64,000 bases of DNA from Barthelona sp. PCE (taxonomy: Eukaryota). The notes beneath the pieces are model-generated. The model did no database searches. It saw nothing but the letters and a program-made list of their open reading frames with translations, and was not told the origin of the DNA. Shown one piece after another: positions 10,391 through 19,846 of the stretch. Each line of letters begins with the position of its first letter. Within the stretch, counting starts at the first letter, position 1. The stretch is from positions 682,001-746,000 of the forward strand of contig JAUFOR010000002.1 in assembly GCA_040285745.1 (NCBI GenBank), given 5' to 3'. The position numbers and the translations under genes were made by a program.

Positions 10391-10825
10391 ATGTCTGAAG
10401 GAGGTAATATCGAAAATCTTGAAACTATGGGTGCCGTCGAGGAGGAAATCACTCCCGAAGAGGTCATCAAGAGCTGTATCCACCACGCTCGTTGCGTTAA
10501 CGGTGCTCGTGCCGGTCTTCGTTCCGTCGTCAAGGCTCTCGACGCCCAAATCGCTCGTGTTTGCTTCTTAGCTTCCGATTGCGGTGTTCCTGAGTATGTT
10601 GCTCTCGTTACTGGTCTTGCCAAGCAGAACAACATCGCTCTCGACAGAACTCTCACTGCTGAGAACTTGGGTCTCTTCATGGGCTTCGCCAAATACGATG
10701 CCGCTTCCCAGAAGGCCCGTAAGGTCGTTTCTACTTCCAGTGTTGTTATCACTGACTTCGGTCGTCTCCCTGCCGAGAACCGTGAGCTCCTCACTGAGGT
10801 TGTTGGTGATGCCATTGAGTTCTAA
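10391..10825 (+). CDS. RPS12: 40S ribosomal protein eS12
   Basis: L7Ae fold: GLRSVVKALD..ARVCFLASDC..EYVALVTGLA, KARKVVSTSSVVITDFG. Strong C/T-ending codon bias. Confidence 0.93.
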   Translation: MSEGGNIENLETMGAVEEEITPEEVIKSCIHHARCVNGARAGLRSVVKALDAQIARVCFLASDCGVPEYVALVTGLAKQNNIALDRTLTAENLGLFMGFAKYDAASQKARKVVSTSSVVITDFGRLPAENRELLTEVVGDAIEF

Positions 10826-10889
10826 TTTTATGAATTTTGATTTATAATAAAGTGATTCTCTTTTTTTGACTTTTTTCATTGCATCATCC

Positions 10890-11168
10890 ATGGATCAGAT
10901 CCCCAACATTGTGGGCTTTGTATTTGACAAGCTTTTTAAGCATCGTGATCTTCCATATCTTTTTTTGCACACTATGGACTTCAAAGAGGCTAAAAATATA
11001 CTTAATATTAAATGCCACGTTCCCACGCCCAATCTAATCATGGAACGTTACCATAAAATGCTGTTTATTAATCATCCTGATCGTTCTGGTAGTGCTTTAA
11101 TCTCTCAGTTTATTAACACTGCTAAGGATTGTTTGTTATTGGGATCGGCCCTAAAACAAACACATTAG
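10890..11168 (+). CDS. PAM18: Pam18/Tim14 mitochondrial import motor J-protein
   Basis: MDFKEAKNILNI...IMERYHKMLFINHPDRSGSALISQFINTAKDCL matches the short Pam18 J-domain (NHPDxGGSxxxxxKINxAKD) with an intact HPD. Confidence 0.8.
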   Translation: MDQIPNIVGFVFDKLFKHRDLPYLFLHTMDFKEAKNILNIKCHVPTPNLIMERYHKMLFINHPDRSGSALISQFINTAKDCLLLGSALKQTH

Positions 11169-11337
11169 ATAGCAATTATTCGATCTTCAAAAAATATCCT
11201 TAGCATCACAGAGAACCAAATTAATTTAGTTGTTTAATACTGTAAATATCGTTTTATTTCAATATTCATTTCACACAATGTGAAAAGCATAATAACCGAT
11301 ATGACTGCGATCTGTTTGTGTGTACATGGCTCTTTGT

Positions 11338-11817
11338 TTAATCACTGACATCCTCCAACGTACCCTCGATATCGAAGCTAAGCTCTTCCTCTTCTTCCTC
11401 AACTATACCACCGTTATCTTCATCTTTGCTCTTGATGTTCAGGCCCATATTGAACTGAGATGGTCGAGGGAGACCATGACCAATGCGAGGTAGACCTGTT
11501 TTCTTCACACGTCCGATAATCTTGTCCTTACCGACTACTTGAGGATTCACATACGCATGGATCTGACCATATACACCGGTGCAGTCAAAACCAGCGTATT
11601 TTTCTAAACATTCTGCTCCTCCACGATGTCTAGCACGATACTCTGTAACATCAATGATGATTCCATCAACGATTGTCCAAAATCCTGTTTCCTCACTCCT
11701 GTGACGTGCTATTTCTTGTGTTGTGTACTCTGGAAGACTTTCGAAGTCGACATCTAAGTGAAACATAGGTAGCCCTGCTGCCCTTCTTTGCATCATTTCA
11801 AAGGGGTTAAAATTCAT
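11338..11817 (-). CDS. Soluble cytochrome b5-domain protein
   Basis: YTTQEIARHRSE..FWTIVDG.IIDVTEY..HRGG...AGFDCT..YGQIHAYVN; both heme-ligand His present; no TM tail. First ATG at 11817. Confidence 0.88.
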   Translation of the reverse strand: MNFNPFEMMQRRAAGLPMFHLDVDFESLPEYTTQEIARHRSEETGFWTIVDGIIIDVTEYRARHRGGAECLEKYAGFDCTGVYGQIHAYVNPQVVGKDKIIGRVKKTGLPRIGHGLPRPSQFNMGLNIKSKDEDNGGIVEEEEEELSFDIEGTLEDVSD

Positions 11818-12388
11818 CGTTCCAGTTAGTAAGCAAAGTGTAAAAGCTTTGCTAAAAGAAAGGGGAAGAAAAATTATAGTAGGTTGAAATCTCTTATTCA
11901 ACCTATATCAATGGATATCTTTTACTTTTACTGATAATTGGGCACATTTTGTCGGGTAAAATATATATACCTTTATAATTCACTTCTCCAAAATTTTGTT
12001 GTCTTGAATCCATATTCAACCCAAGTTATAATGGTTTTGGTTGTATTTGGCCCTTGTTTACCACAACTCTGCCAATGAGTGTATTGCAAACCTCTATTTT
12101 GAGTCTACAATACTACAGTTTATCGAATTGAAACTTCAAAGTGTTTAAACAGTTTAACAGTAAAAAATCATGCCCAAAGATCAAATTAATTCAACAAAAA
12201 ATCCAAAAGTGGTTGAGAATGGTATGATTCGTTAATGCGAAGTGCATAACGCTTTCCCTCTGATTTATTGGTGTAATTACGCACGGTATTTCTGTTGGTA
12301 TTGGTGGAAAGAGAGAATTAGAAAAAGGCTCTGCTAACACTTAATATCTCCTTTTTCTTTGATACAGCATCTTTCTTTTGTTGAAACA

Positions 12389-13072
12389 ATGACACCGAAC
12401 TTCATGGAGACGCAAATGGCACATAATCATTCGAACGGGGCACGTGTTCAACCCGATACTATGCAAAAACAGAAAACGGGCACTACCGTCATGGCTTTCT
12501 GCGGAGATGGCGTTTTGGTTTTGGCCTGCGACAGTCGTACCAGTCAAGGAAGCTACATTGCCAATAGATGTTCATTTAAAATCGAAACAATCAGTCCCTC
12601 TATGTCTTTGCTGCGTTCCGGTGCCACTGCGCACACCCAGTACGCTGCAGAGTATCTGAGGACGAATATTCACTACAGAGAGCTTTTAGACAGCGAGAAA
12701 CCATGCGTTAAACACACAGCCGCCATTTTACGAAACTTTTTATATGAGAACAGACAATACTTGCAGGGTGCAATCATCCTCGGTGGTGTCGATGATGAGG
12801 GTCCGCATGTGTACCAAATTCCACTGGGAGGCGCGCTTCTTGAACGCGATATAGCCGTTGGTGGTTCTGGAAGTGTTTTTATCTCTGCCTTTATCGATGA
12901 GCATTACAGAGAGGGTATGAACAAGGAGGATGCGATCGACTTCGCAAAGGCTGCCGTTACACATGCCATGAGCAGAGATGGTTCATCTGGTGGTGTTGTA
13001 AGGATTAGGACAATTGACTTAGAAGGCAAATCTGAAGACTACACATTCACAGGGGATGAGGTCCGCCAGTAA
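12389..13072 (+). CDS. PSMB6: 20S proteasome subunit beta1
   Basis: Propeptide then G/TTVMA, DSRTSQGSYIANR, RSGATA, GGSGSVFI, AMSRDGSSGGVVR. Confidence 0.93.
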   Translation: MTPNFMETQMAHNHSNGARVQPDTMQKQKTGTTVMAFCGDGVLVLACDSRTSQGSYIANRCSFKIETISPSMSLLRSGATAHTQYAAEYLRTNIHYRELLDSEKPCVKHTAAILRNFLYENRQYLQGAIILGGVDDEGPHVYQIPLGGALLERDIAVGGSGSVFISAFIDEHYREGMNKEDAIDFAKAAVTHAMSRDGSSGGVVRIRTIDLEGKSEDYTFTGDEVRQ

Positions 13073-13163
13073 TACACCTCTTTTGTTAGTAAAAATGTGA
13101 ATCTTTTGTGCGAAAAAATTGTAAAACTTTTTTTTACCCATATAGCACTACATAACACTACAA

Positions 13164-13949
13164 ATGAAAGTAGACCGTGCAATTCCACGCCAAAAAACGC
13201 TTCTGTGCACATCTAGGGGTGTCACTCATGCAGTTCGTCATCTTGTGAAGGATCTTCACGCTCTCTTGCCTCACGCTAAGAAGGAATCTAAACTGCCCAA
13301 GAACGAAGGAATCCCTGCGCTTATCGATATCTGTCAGTTACGTAATTGCCAAAACGCATTATATTTTGAAGTCAGGAAGAGACAAGACGTATATCTTTGG
13401 CTTTCTCGTTGTCCAACAGGCCCCTCCATCAAGTTCCAGGTTCACAACATCCATACGAGTGGTGAAACTCACTTTACAGGCAACTGTCTTCTTGGCAGTC
13501 GACCCATGTTAGTTTTCGACGGTGCATTTGACAGCGCACCCCACTTGCACTTGACCAAGCAAATGCTCATGTATGCGTTCGGTGTACCACAAAACGAGCC
13601 AGGTAGCAAGCCATTCGTCGATCATATTCTCTCTTTTCACATTGTCGATAACATGATCCACTTCAGAAACTACCAGATCTCAACCATTGAGGGTAGCGAG
13701 CCCGAACTCATTGAGATTGGTCCCCGTTTCACCCTTGAATACATCAAGCTTTTCGAGGGCTCTTTCGGTGGTAATTGTCTGATGATTAACGAGAGCTGGG
13801 TCTCCCCCAATGAAGTACGCCGCATCGTCCGTCAGGAGTATGCTGATAAGTACGTTACAAGGACAGAAAACAACCGTAAGTATGCTAAAAAACATGCTGG
13901 TATTCAATTTTCAGAGGATCAAATCAAAAAGGTTTTTTCTTTGCGATAA
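13164..13949 (+). CDS. BRX1: Brix-domain ribosome biogenesis protein BRX1
   Basis: RHLVKDLHALLPHAKKESK, YFEVRKRQDVYLW, GNCLLGSRP, SKPFVDH, EIGPRF, FEGSFGG. Confidence 0.95.
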   Translation: MKVDRAIPRQKTLLCTSRGVTHAVRHLVKDLHALLPHAKKESKLPKNEGIPALIDICQLRNCQNALYFEVRKRQDVYLWLSRCPTGPSIKFQVHNIHTSGETHFTGNCLLGSRPMLVFDGAFDSAPHLHLTKQMLMYAFGVPQNEPGSKPFVDHILSFHIVDNMIHFRNYQISTIEGSEPELIEIGPRFTLEYIKLFEGSFGGNCLMINESWVSPNEVRRIVRQEYADKYVTRTENNRKYAKKHAGIQFSEDQIKKVFSLR

Positions 13950-14006
13950 AACGTGACAGAATCATTTAAAACATTTATTTACAGTAAAAAAGCTATTAAC
14001 AATTAA

Positions 14007-16706
14007 TTATAGTTGAATATCTTGAGCATCAACGTAACGGTAAAAATCAAAACCCTTGTTGATGGTCAAGTTATAGACGGCACATTTCTCGACAATCTCA
14101 TCAATTACGCTCTCCACGTCCTCGCCCTCGAAAAACTGGAGACCGCGAAGCCAGCCAATTGCTCCAACAATCACTCCCTCGATTGCATAGGAAAGATTAA
14201 CTTGAAGCAACTTACTCGCCTCCATGTAATTTTGGAGTCGTTGATCGAGCCCAGCAAACATAGAACGCTTTGAATCCAGCTCTGTATCGTTGAATGGTTT
14301 GAACAAAAGCGCATTAGCGGTCTGAACCAAGTGGCTGCGGAAGAAAGCGTTATTAACGCGGTGACCAAATCTAATCGCCTGCATCACGTCGCCCATGAGC
14401 AAACACTGTTGTGAGAGCTCCAAATCAGTCGCGGTGACCTCTTGTTTATCTAAAACAATAGTGTTGGTGTGAGTGATTCCACCGAGCATCGTTCGCTTCA
14501 GCAAACCATCGGATATGAGCGTGTCGATTGCCTGGGACCATGAAAGCTCGTTCATGTCAGACAACGTAGATAGGAGGGCTGGGGTGATGTTTGAAAGGTA
14601 AGCCCGCAGACGATCTGTTATATCTCTTGCCAAGGAGTTAAGCCCGTTAACAACGTGCTGACCCGGTTCACTTAGCGCATCGTGCAGCTTAGAGGTGCTG
14701 TGGACCTTGAGCAACATAGAAATACACTGTGACAAGAGCTTAGGGGTAGCTCTTGCAACGCTCACTATAGGCTCGACGGCGACGGCGACAACCTGCATTT
14801 TATCAACGTGTGCGTTGATGGCGTCAAGAACGAGCTCGCCGTACAAGCCGGCCTCTCCATGGGCGACCAAACCTTTGAGAGCCTCGGCAACGACTGATGG
14901 CATATCGTCTCTGAGAAACACATGTGATGCGACTGCGGCAGCCATTCGGGCGCGCACAGCTTCGTCGCGGTGATTAAGAACAGACATAACGATTGAATCG
15001 TCAAGAAGAGAGGGAGGGCACTTCTGTAACAGAAGGACAAAATCCTCATCGCTAAGCTCCTGCAGAATAGAAACATCGTGTAGGACGACAGCAGCGGCGG
15101 CGTTGGGCTCTGGATGCTTATGCGCCAACAACCAGCAGTACTGCTTTGCAGTAAAACGATCATCATCGCTGATAAGAGTGCCCAGTCTGTGAACCATAGA
15201 CAAAACAGCAGGTCCATTGAGGAGGGCGAATACTGTATCGTGGGACAAGAAGAATGGCAGAAGGAGCTTGCAGGGAAGCGTGGATCTATCTAACAACAGG
15301 AAACATGTTGTGATCTCAACCATATCGACTTCGAGCTGAGACAAAGACTCAAAGATATGTGACAGGCCACGAGATGCTGCGACAGTGAGTTCATGGACGC
15401 TACGAACAGTGTTGCCGATTTCTGTCAAAAAAGTTGCAATGTTACCATGTGTCTTCATGACGATCGCAATGACCTCGTAGAATAGCTCAGTGTCTATGTA
15501 ACCGTGCAGAATTGCAACTGTGCATGCCCTTACCAGACAAACAGCTAGCTGGAAGGTAGGGGTGATGGCTTTATCGCCATAGATGAACGAACACGTTTCT
15601 CTCAGAAGGCTCACAATTTCCTGCTCTGTGGCGTCGCCCGACGGACCGTCAATGACAAACGAACGCATAGCGGTCTCTACCTTGGGGAGCAGGAACTTCT
15701 TGATACCGTGAGGACCAAGAACGGGGAGGAGTGCCTTGAGCAACGCTGTCATGTCGTAGTCAACCGTCACAAGAGCATGGAGGGACTCACTGTGAGGTAG
15801 ATACTCGAGACATGTCTGTAAACAGCGCATGGCTTCGATATCGTTGGCCTCAGTAAGGGTCGTCTCGTTTGTGACCAAAGAAACTGTAAAGAGTGGAGCG
15901 AGGTGTGCTGCACAGTGCTCAGTAAGCTTAAATGACTGGGAGAGCAACAAAAAAGCAGAAAAAGCATCGCAAAAAACAAGGGCTTTCTCCTTAGTGTGAG
16001 GGACCAATGAAACGATCTTGTTAACAACGCCTCTCTTGTGGGCGTGGGCAAGGAGCTCACCGATGATCTCAACGTCCTCTGTGTTCAAAAGCGCACGAAT
16101 GGGCTCACTAGACTCCAAGTCAAAAAACATGCCAAACAGTTGGTAGATCTTATCTCTCAACACTGAGCCCGACGGCGATTTCACCAGGAGCCCGATGAGG
16201 GAATCTATTGAAATTACAAGTGGTGTTTCGGTGTGGAGATTCCCCGATAAAGATGGTAAGTCAAAGATAAAGTGTTGGAGGCAGTTAATCATCTCCAGTA
16301 GGTTTTCGCGGCGGGAGTCGCTGAGATGAGGATGGAAAACACATGAAAAGAAAAGATGCATATCCTTTGTGAAGAAATTAATCACATTCTCAAATTCTGG
16401 CTTAGTTATGATCACAGAAATCTTTGGTGCATTGCGGAACATACGGAAAGACTTCTGAAAAAGTCTTAAAATAGAGCTAACAGTCTGTTCCTTGGCGTAA
16501 TGCGTAATGAACTCCAGGTTGAAAGACTGGACCAAATTCTCGTAGAACGAGATGATGACGGGGATAAACTCAACCAAGGGTAAGGTTCCTTGTGTAAAAG
16601 CTTTGCAGGCCTCATAGTAATTGTTAAAGATTTTCTCTGAAGCCTCACACTGCGCTACAAGGTCCTGAGACTGATATCCAACCGAGTCATCGGCAAAAAC
16701 TGACAT
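14007..16706 (-). CDS. Hypothetical ~900-aa helical (HEAT/ARM-like) protein
   Basis: Long uninterrupted Leu-rich amphipathic ORF. Likely start ATG 16706 (track extends to 16811 in AT-rich sequence). Family not recognised. Confidence 0.75.
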   Translation of the reverse strand: MSVFADDSVGYQSQDLVAQCEASEKIFNNYYEACKAFTQGTLPLVEFIPVIISFYENLVQSFNLEFITHYAKEQTVSSILRLFQKSFRMFRNAPKISVIITKPEFENVINFFTKDMHLFFSCVFHPHLSDSRRENLLEMINCLQHFIFDLPSLSGNLHTETPLVISIDSLIGLLVKSPSGSVLRDKIYQLFGMFFDLESSEPIRALLNTEDVEIIGELLAHAHKRGVVNKIVSLVPHTKEKALVFCDAFSAFLLLSQSFKLTEHCAAHLAPLFTVSLVTNETTLTEANDIEAMRCLQTCLEYLPHSESLHALVTVDYDMTALLKALLPVLGPHGIKKFLLPKVETAMRSFVIDGPSGDATEQEIVSLLRETCSFIYGDKAITPTFQLAVCLVRACTVAILHGYIDTELFYEVIAIVMKTHGNIATFLTEIGNTVRSVHELTVAASRGLSHIFESLSQLEVDMVEITTCFLLLDRSTLPCKLLLPFFLSHDTVFALLNGPAVLSMVHRLGTLISDDDRFTAKQYCWLLAHKHPEPNAAAAVVLHDVSILQELSDEDFVLLLQKCPPSLLDDSIVMSVLNHRDEAVRARMAAAVASHVFLRDDMPSVVAEALKGLVAHGEAGLYGELVLDAINAHVDKMQVVAVAVEPIVSVARATPKLLSQCISMLLKVHSTSKLHDALSEPGQHVVNGLNSLARDITDRLRAYLSNITPALLSTLSDMNELSWSQAIDTLISDGLLKRTMLGGITHTNTIVLDKQEVTATDLELSQQCLLMGDVMQAIRFGHRVNNAFFRSHLVQTANALLFKPFNDTELDSKRSMFAGLDQRLQNYMEASKLLQVNLSYAIEGVIVGAIGWLRGLQFFEGEDVESVIDEIVEKCAVYNLTINKGFDFYRYVDAQDIQL

Positions 16707-16977
16707 AAAATTAGGGATCGGAGTTTGTATGGGTAAAAAATGGTTATTCAACAATCTTTGTTTGACACAGGTTTGAAGCATATAAAATGTATCGCATGTG
16801 CTACTTACCATTCATTCTATATATACAATATGCTTTCAAACATCAAGAATGAGTTAAATAAAAGCCGTAATCTACCATATCTTAAAACCATCTAAGGTGA
16901 GTTGTCTGCATCTACCAAACCAGGTTATCTATTTAAGTCACAGAATTCTATCGTTTTATGAAGTAAACCCCCATATC

Positions 16978-17838
16978 ATGAGCACTTGCCAGATACTTTC
17001 CGTGTGCAGGCAGTTAGATGTCAGTTTGCTCACGTATAACAAGGATATGACTAATTTACTGGTTTTCAAAGAAGGATCCTATGTTTTAGTCCATTTAGAA
17101 GCCTTTGTTTACCAAACACACTACTTTTTAGAGTTCCTTGATGTCTATTCTGAGTGCACATTCAACCAAAATCATGTCACCCTCGTAGGTTTAAATAGTT
17201 TTGCAGTTTTTTCTCTTTCTGGCCAGAGAGTTTTCTTTTCCGAAAAAAGGTATGACGAATGTTGCGTTTTATCCCCTTGCACCTACATTTTGAGGAAATC
17301 CACCACACATTTTGTTTTTTTAGAAATTGAAGGAGAAACTCATCAAATGAAAGAGTTAACATTCTCTCATGATGTTTATGCAACCATGCACCATGAAATC
17401 ACAGGAAATACAATACTTTTTGGGAATGATTGTGCCTATTTAGTACGTATTAACCCAGAAAAGAAATTTGTTATATTAGATTCCATAAACATTACATTAA
17501 ACCCTAAAGAACGCATGAGATTCATCAGAGATGAGCTGCTGGTTATTACAGAGAAAAGTTTTATCTTCTACAAAATAGATGATCGGTCATTAAGTTTAAG
17601 CTTTGAGAAAGCACTTGATTTTAATGTCAGAATAATAGATGATGTAACAGTGATACCTTACTTGGACCCTTACTTGGCCCTGCAGAATGAAGAAGATGGT
17701 ACAATTACGCTTTACAAAAGATGCATGGAGAATTTTTTGGTTTACACGAAATTTACTGCTGGATCTATTGAAGATGGTTATTTTGTTGTGCTTCGTATTG
17801 TTCCTCCCTCTATTATCCATCCTGATAGCAATAAATAA
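16978..17838 (+). CDS. Hypothetical beta-strand-rich protein
   Basis: About 286-aa ORF from ATG 16978, with repeated short hydrophobic strands (propeller-like). No family recognised. Confidence 0.65.
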   Translation: MSTCQILSVCRQLDVSLLTYNKDMTNLLVFKEGSYVLVHLEAFVYQTHYFLEFLDVYSECTFNQNHVTLVGLNSFAVFSLSGQRVFFSEKRYDECCVLSPCTYILRKSTTHFVFLEIEGETHQMKELTFSHDVYATMHHEITGNTILFGNDCAYLVRINPEKKFVILDSINITLNPKERMRFIRDELLVITEKSFIFYKIDDRSLSLSFEKALDFNVRIIDDVTVIPYLDPYLALQNEEDGTITLYKRCMENFLVYTKFTAGSIEDGYFVVLRIVPPSIIHPDSNK

Positions 17839-18137
17839 TCTATAGTTATGCATTCCAGAATAACATCTCTATTAATTAATATCAGAACGAATTAAGCATA
17901 ATTACTAGCATAGATGTTATAAGAACCTGTCTATTATAGTAAAAATTCTTAATTGCAGTTGATAGATATGGAATTGAAATTTCTTTCATCCTATCTTTTC
18001 AAAATGTATTTTAAAATGCTATGAGATGATATGTTCTTGATTTTTTTCAGTGTGAATTATAAACATCAGCATTGAATATTTATCAGGTTCTGTTTTCTTA
18101 TTTTATCCTCGTTTCAGCAATTTTTTTATTGCGCGCT

Positions 18138-18545
18138 ATGCCTGAACATGTTCAAGTACCAAGGTTTGTCATCGATAGAATTGAACAAATGACAAACGAT
18201 ATTATAGAAGGGGATTTTTTCAAGCAAATGGATGAAAATGACCAAAAGATTATGAAAGATAGAGTGAAGGCGTTCCGCAACCAGTGCATCTATGCCATTG
18301 CAAACAACGAAGATATATCATTCATCGATGAACCTACCAGGGCGCTTGATTCATTTAATACACGTATTATGGACATTAACCAGGAACTACTGTCACTTTT
18401 GTCGAACAAAGGTGCCCCTGGTGGTGTGCCTGATGCTCCAACTAATGTGCAAATAAGAATGCCTGATCTGATGGAGGTAAATGAAGCTATAGTTAAACGT
18501 ATCCCAAGTTTAGATGTGGAAATCATGGAGGATGTATATTTCTAA
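18138..18545 (+). CDS. Small hypothetical helical protein
   Basis: 135-aa ORF from ATG 18138; its stop lies 18 bp from the convergent COMMD10 stop. Confidence 0.65.
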   Translation: MPEHVQVPRFVIDRIEQMTNDIIEGDFFKQMDENDQKIMKDRVKAFRNQCIYAIANNEDISFIDEPTRALDSFNTRIMDINQELLSLLSNKGAPGGVPDAPTNVQIRMPDLMEVNEAIVKRIPSLDVEIMEDVYF

Positions 18546-18563
18546 CCATTTAAATCTATTTTA

Positions 18564-19151
18564 TTATTCAGTTATGGAATCGAGAGCTTGTTGAATTTTT
18601 TCTACTTCGATATACAAATTACGAAGTTCTTCATTGTTAAACTTAATCAACAACGGCTCATCGTCGTTAAACAAACTCATGACAGCCTTTGGTTCAGCTG
18701 ATTTGGAATTATAACTGGAAGAAACAATAGTCTGTAAGTTAAATAAACAATTCTCAACGTTATTAACTCCTGTGATCTTTGTAGTCTGTGCTAATGCTAC
18801 TAATTTATCTCTGTGTTCCTCAAAAGCTGAGCAAAGTGCTACACATTGACGTTCCTTTAATTCAAATCCTGATGCCTGAAGCTGCTCATATAGCTCCTCG
18901 CCATCCAGATTAAGGTATATGCTCTGCTGATATATATAGATAAGACCAGAAATGAGATCATGACCTAAACTCTGTGCGATATCAAGTGAATCAAAGAGAT
19001 CTAGTGTTTCCTGGTTGGATTCAAACGTGCTAAGCCCCTGTGAAAGCTCTTCACAAACGAATTTGGCGAGCAAATGTACCTTCTTTGATTTTAGAGTGCT
19101 CAATCCCTCTATGAAATTTTGGAACCGTTGTGTGTTAGGTACCAGACTCAT
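18564..19151 (-). CDS. COMMD10: COMM domain protein (COMMD10-like)
   Basis: Ends FNLQTIVSSS..KSAEPKAVMSL...LLIKFNNEELRNLYIEVEKIQQALDSIT, matching the COMMD10 C-terminus; YIYQQSIY in the helical N-domain. Confidence 0.85.
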   Translation of the reverse strand: MSLVPNTQRFQNFIEGLSTLKSKKVHLLAKFVCEELSQGLSTFESNQETLDLFDSLDIAQSLGHDLISGLIYIYQQSIYLNLDGEELYEQLQASGFELKERQCVALCSAFEEHRDKLVALAQTTKITGVNNVENCLFNLQTIVSSSYNSKSAEPKAVMSLFNDDEPLLIKFNNEELRNLYIEVEKIQQALDSITE

Positions 19152-19191
19152 TCTGCTGTACAAAAATTTATGAAATGGCAAAAAAAACAGT

Positions 19192-19779
19192 TTACAATGC
19201 ACTACCAAATGCACCAAAAAAAGCACATAAAATAAGCTCATTTGTGGATTTTTCTAAGTTGTCATACGGTATCTTAAGCATAGTAGCATACAAAATATAG
19301 CTACCCACAAAAGAAATTAGGAGAGTAATTGTAGATACAACTATCCACAATAAAAATGTCAATGCTAAAGAAAAAACCCCGGAAACAAAAAGAATTTTTA
19401 TCTTAGCACCACAGAACGTCATTGATGCAAAAGAATTCAATGAAAGGTAAGAGAATAATACAAGAGGCACGTTTGTGTCATAACTCCATGTGAACATGAG
19501 CCCCATCAGGCAGACTCCGATCCAACAAAATGCAAACATAACCCAATTAAGCCCCTCAACTGTACGCAAAATTGCTGCACTGACAAAAAAGGCAACAAAG
19601 ATTATTAAACTAGCCCAAAAGGCGCCATCGTGCTCCTCAATCCATCGGTCGCCGCTTGATCCCTGTGTTAACTGACCTAAAAGACAAACTACAGTAACCA
19701 AGCCAAAAAGCATCAATAACTTTAAAAAATATACCCTCAACTTGAATATTTCAAGATTTTTGAACTGATCAGCCCTCAT
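19192..19779 (-). CDS. Multi-pass membrane protein (possibly BI-1/TMBIM-like)
   Basis: 195 aa with about six hydrophobic helices; family uncertain. Confidence 0.6.
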   Translation of the reverse strand: MRADQFKNLEIFKLRVYFLKLLMLFGLVTVVCLLGQLTQGSSGDRWIEEHDGAFWASLIIFVAFFVSAAILRTVEGLNWVMFAFCWIGVCLMGLMFTWSYDTNVPLVLFSYLSLNSFASMTFCGAKIKILFVSGVFSLALTFLLWIVVSTITLLISFVGSYILYATMLKIPYDNLEKSTNELILCAFFGAFGSAL

Positions 19780-19846
19780 TTAAAAGAAAAACGTTTTAAA
19801 AACAAATACAGTATCTTCTTTCCATATATTTACATCTAATAGAGTA

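Noticed and set aside
12170-12367. Possible upstream exon and intron (GTATGA..GCTAAC..TACAG) for proteasome beta1
   Set aside because: Splicing puts the upstream ATG out of frame with an early stop. The gene is complete from ATG 12389; a UTR intron cannot be supported.
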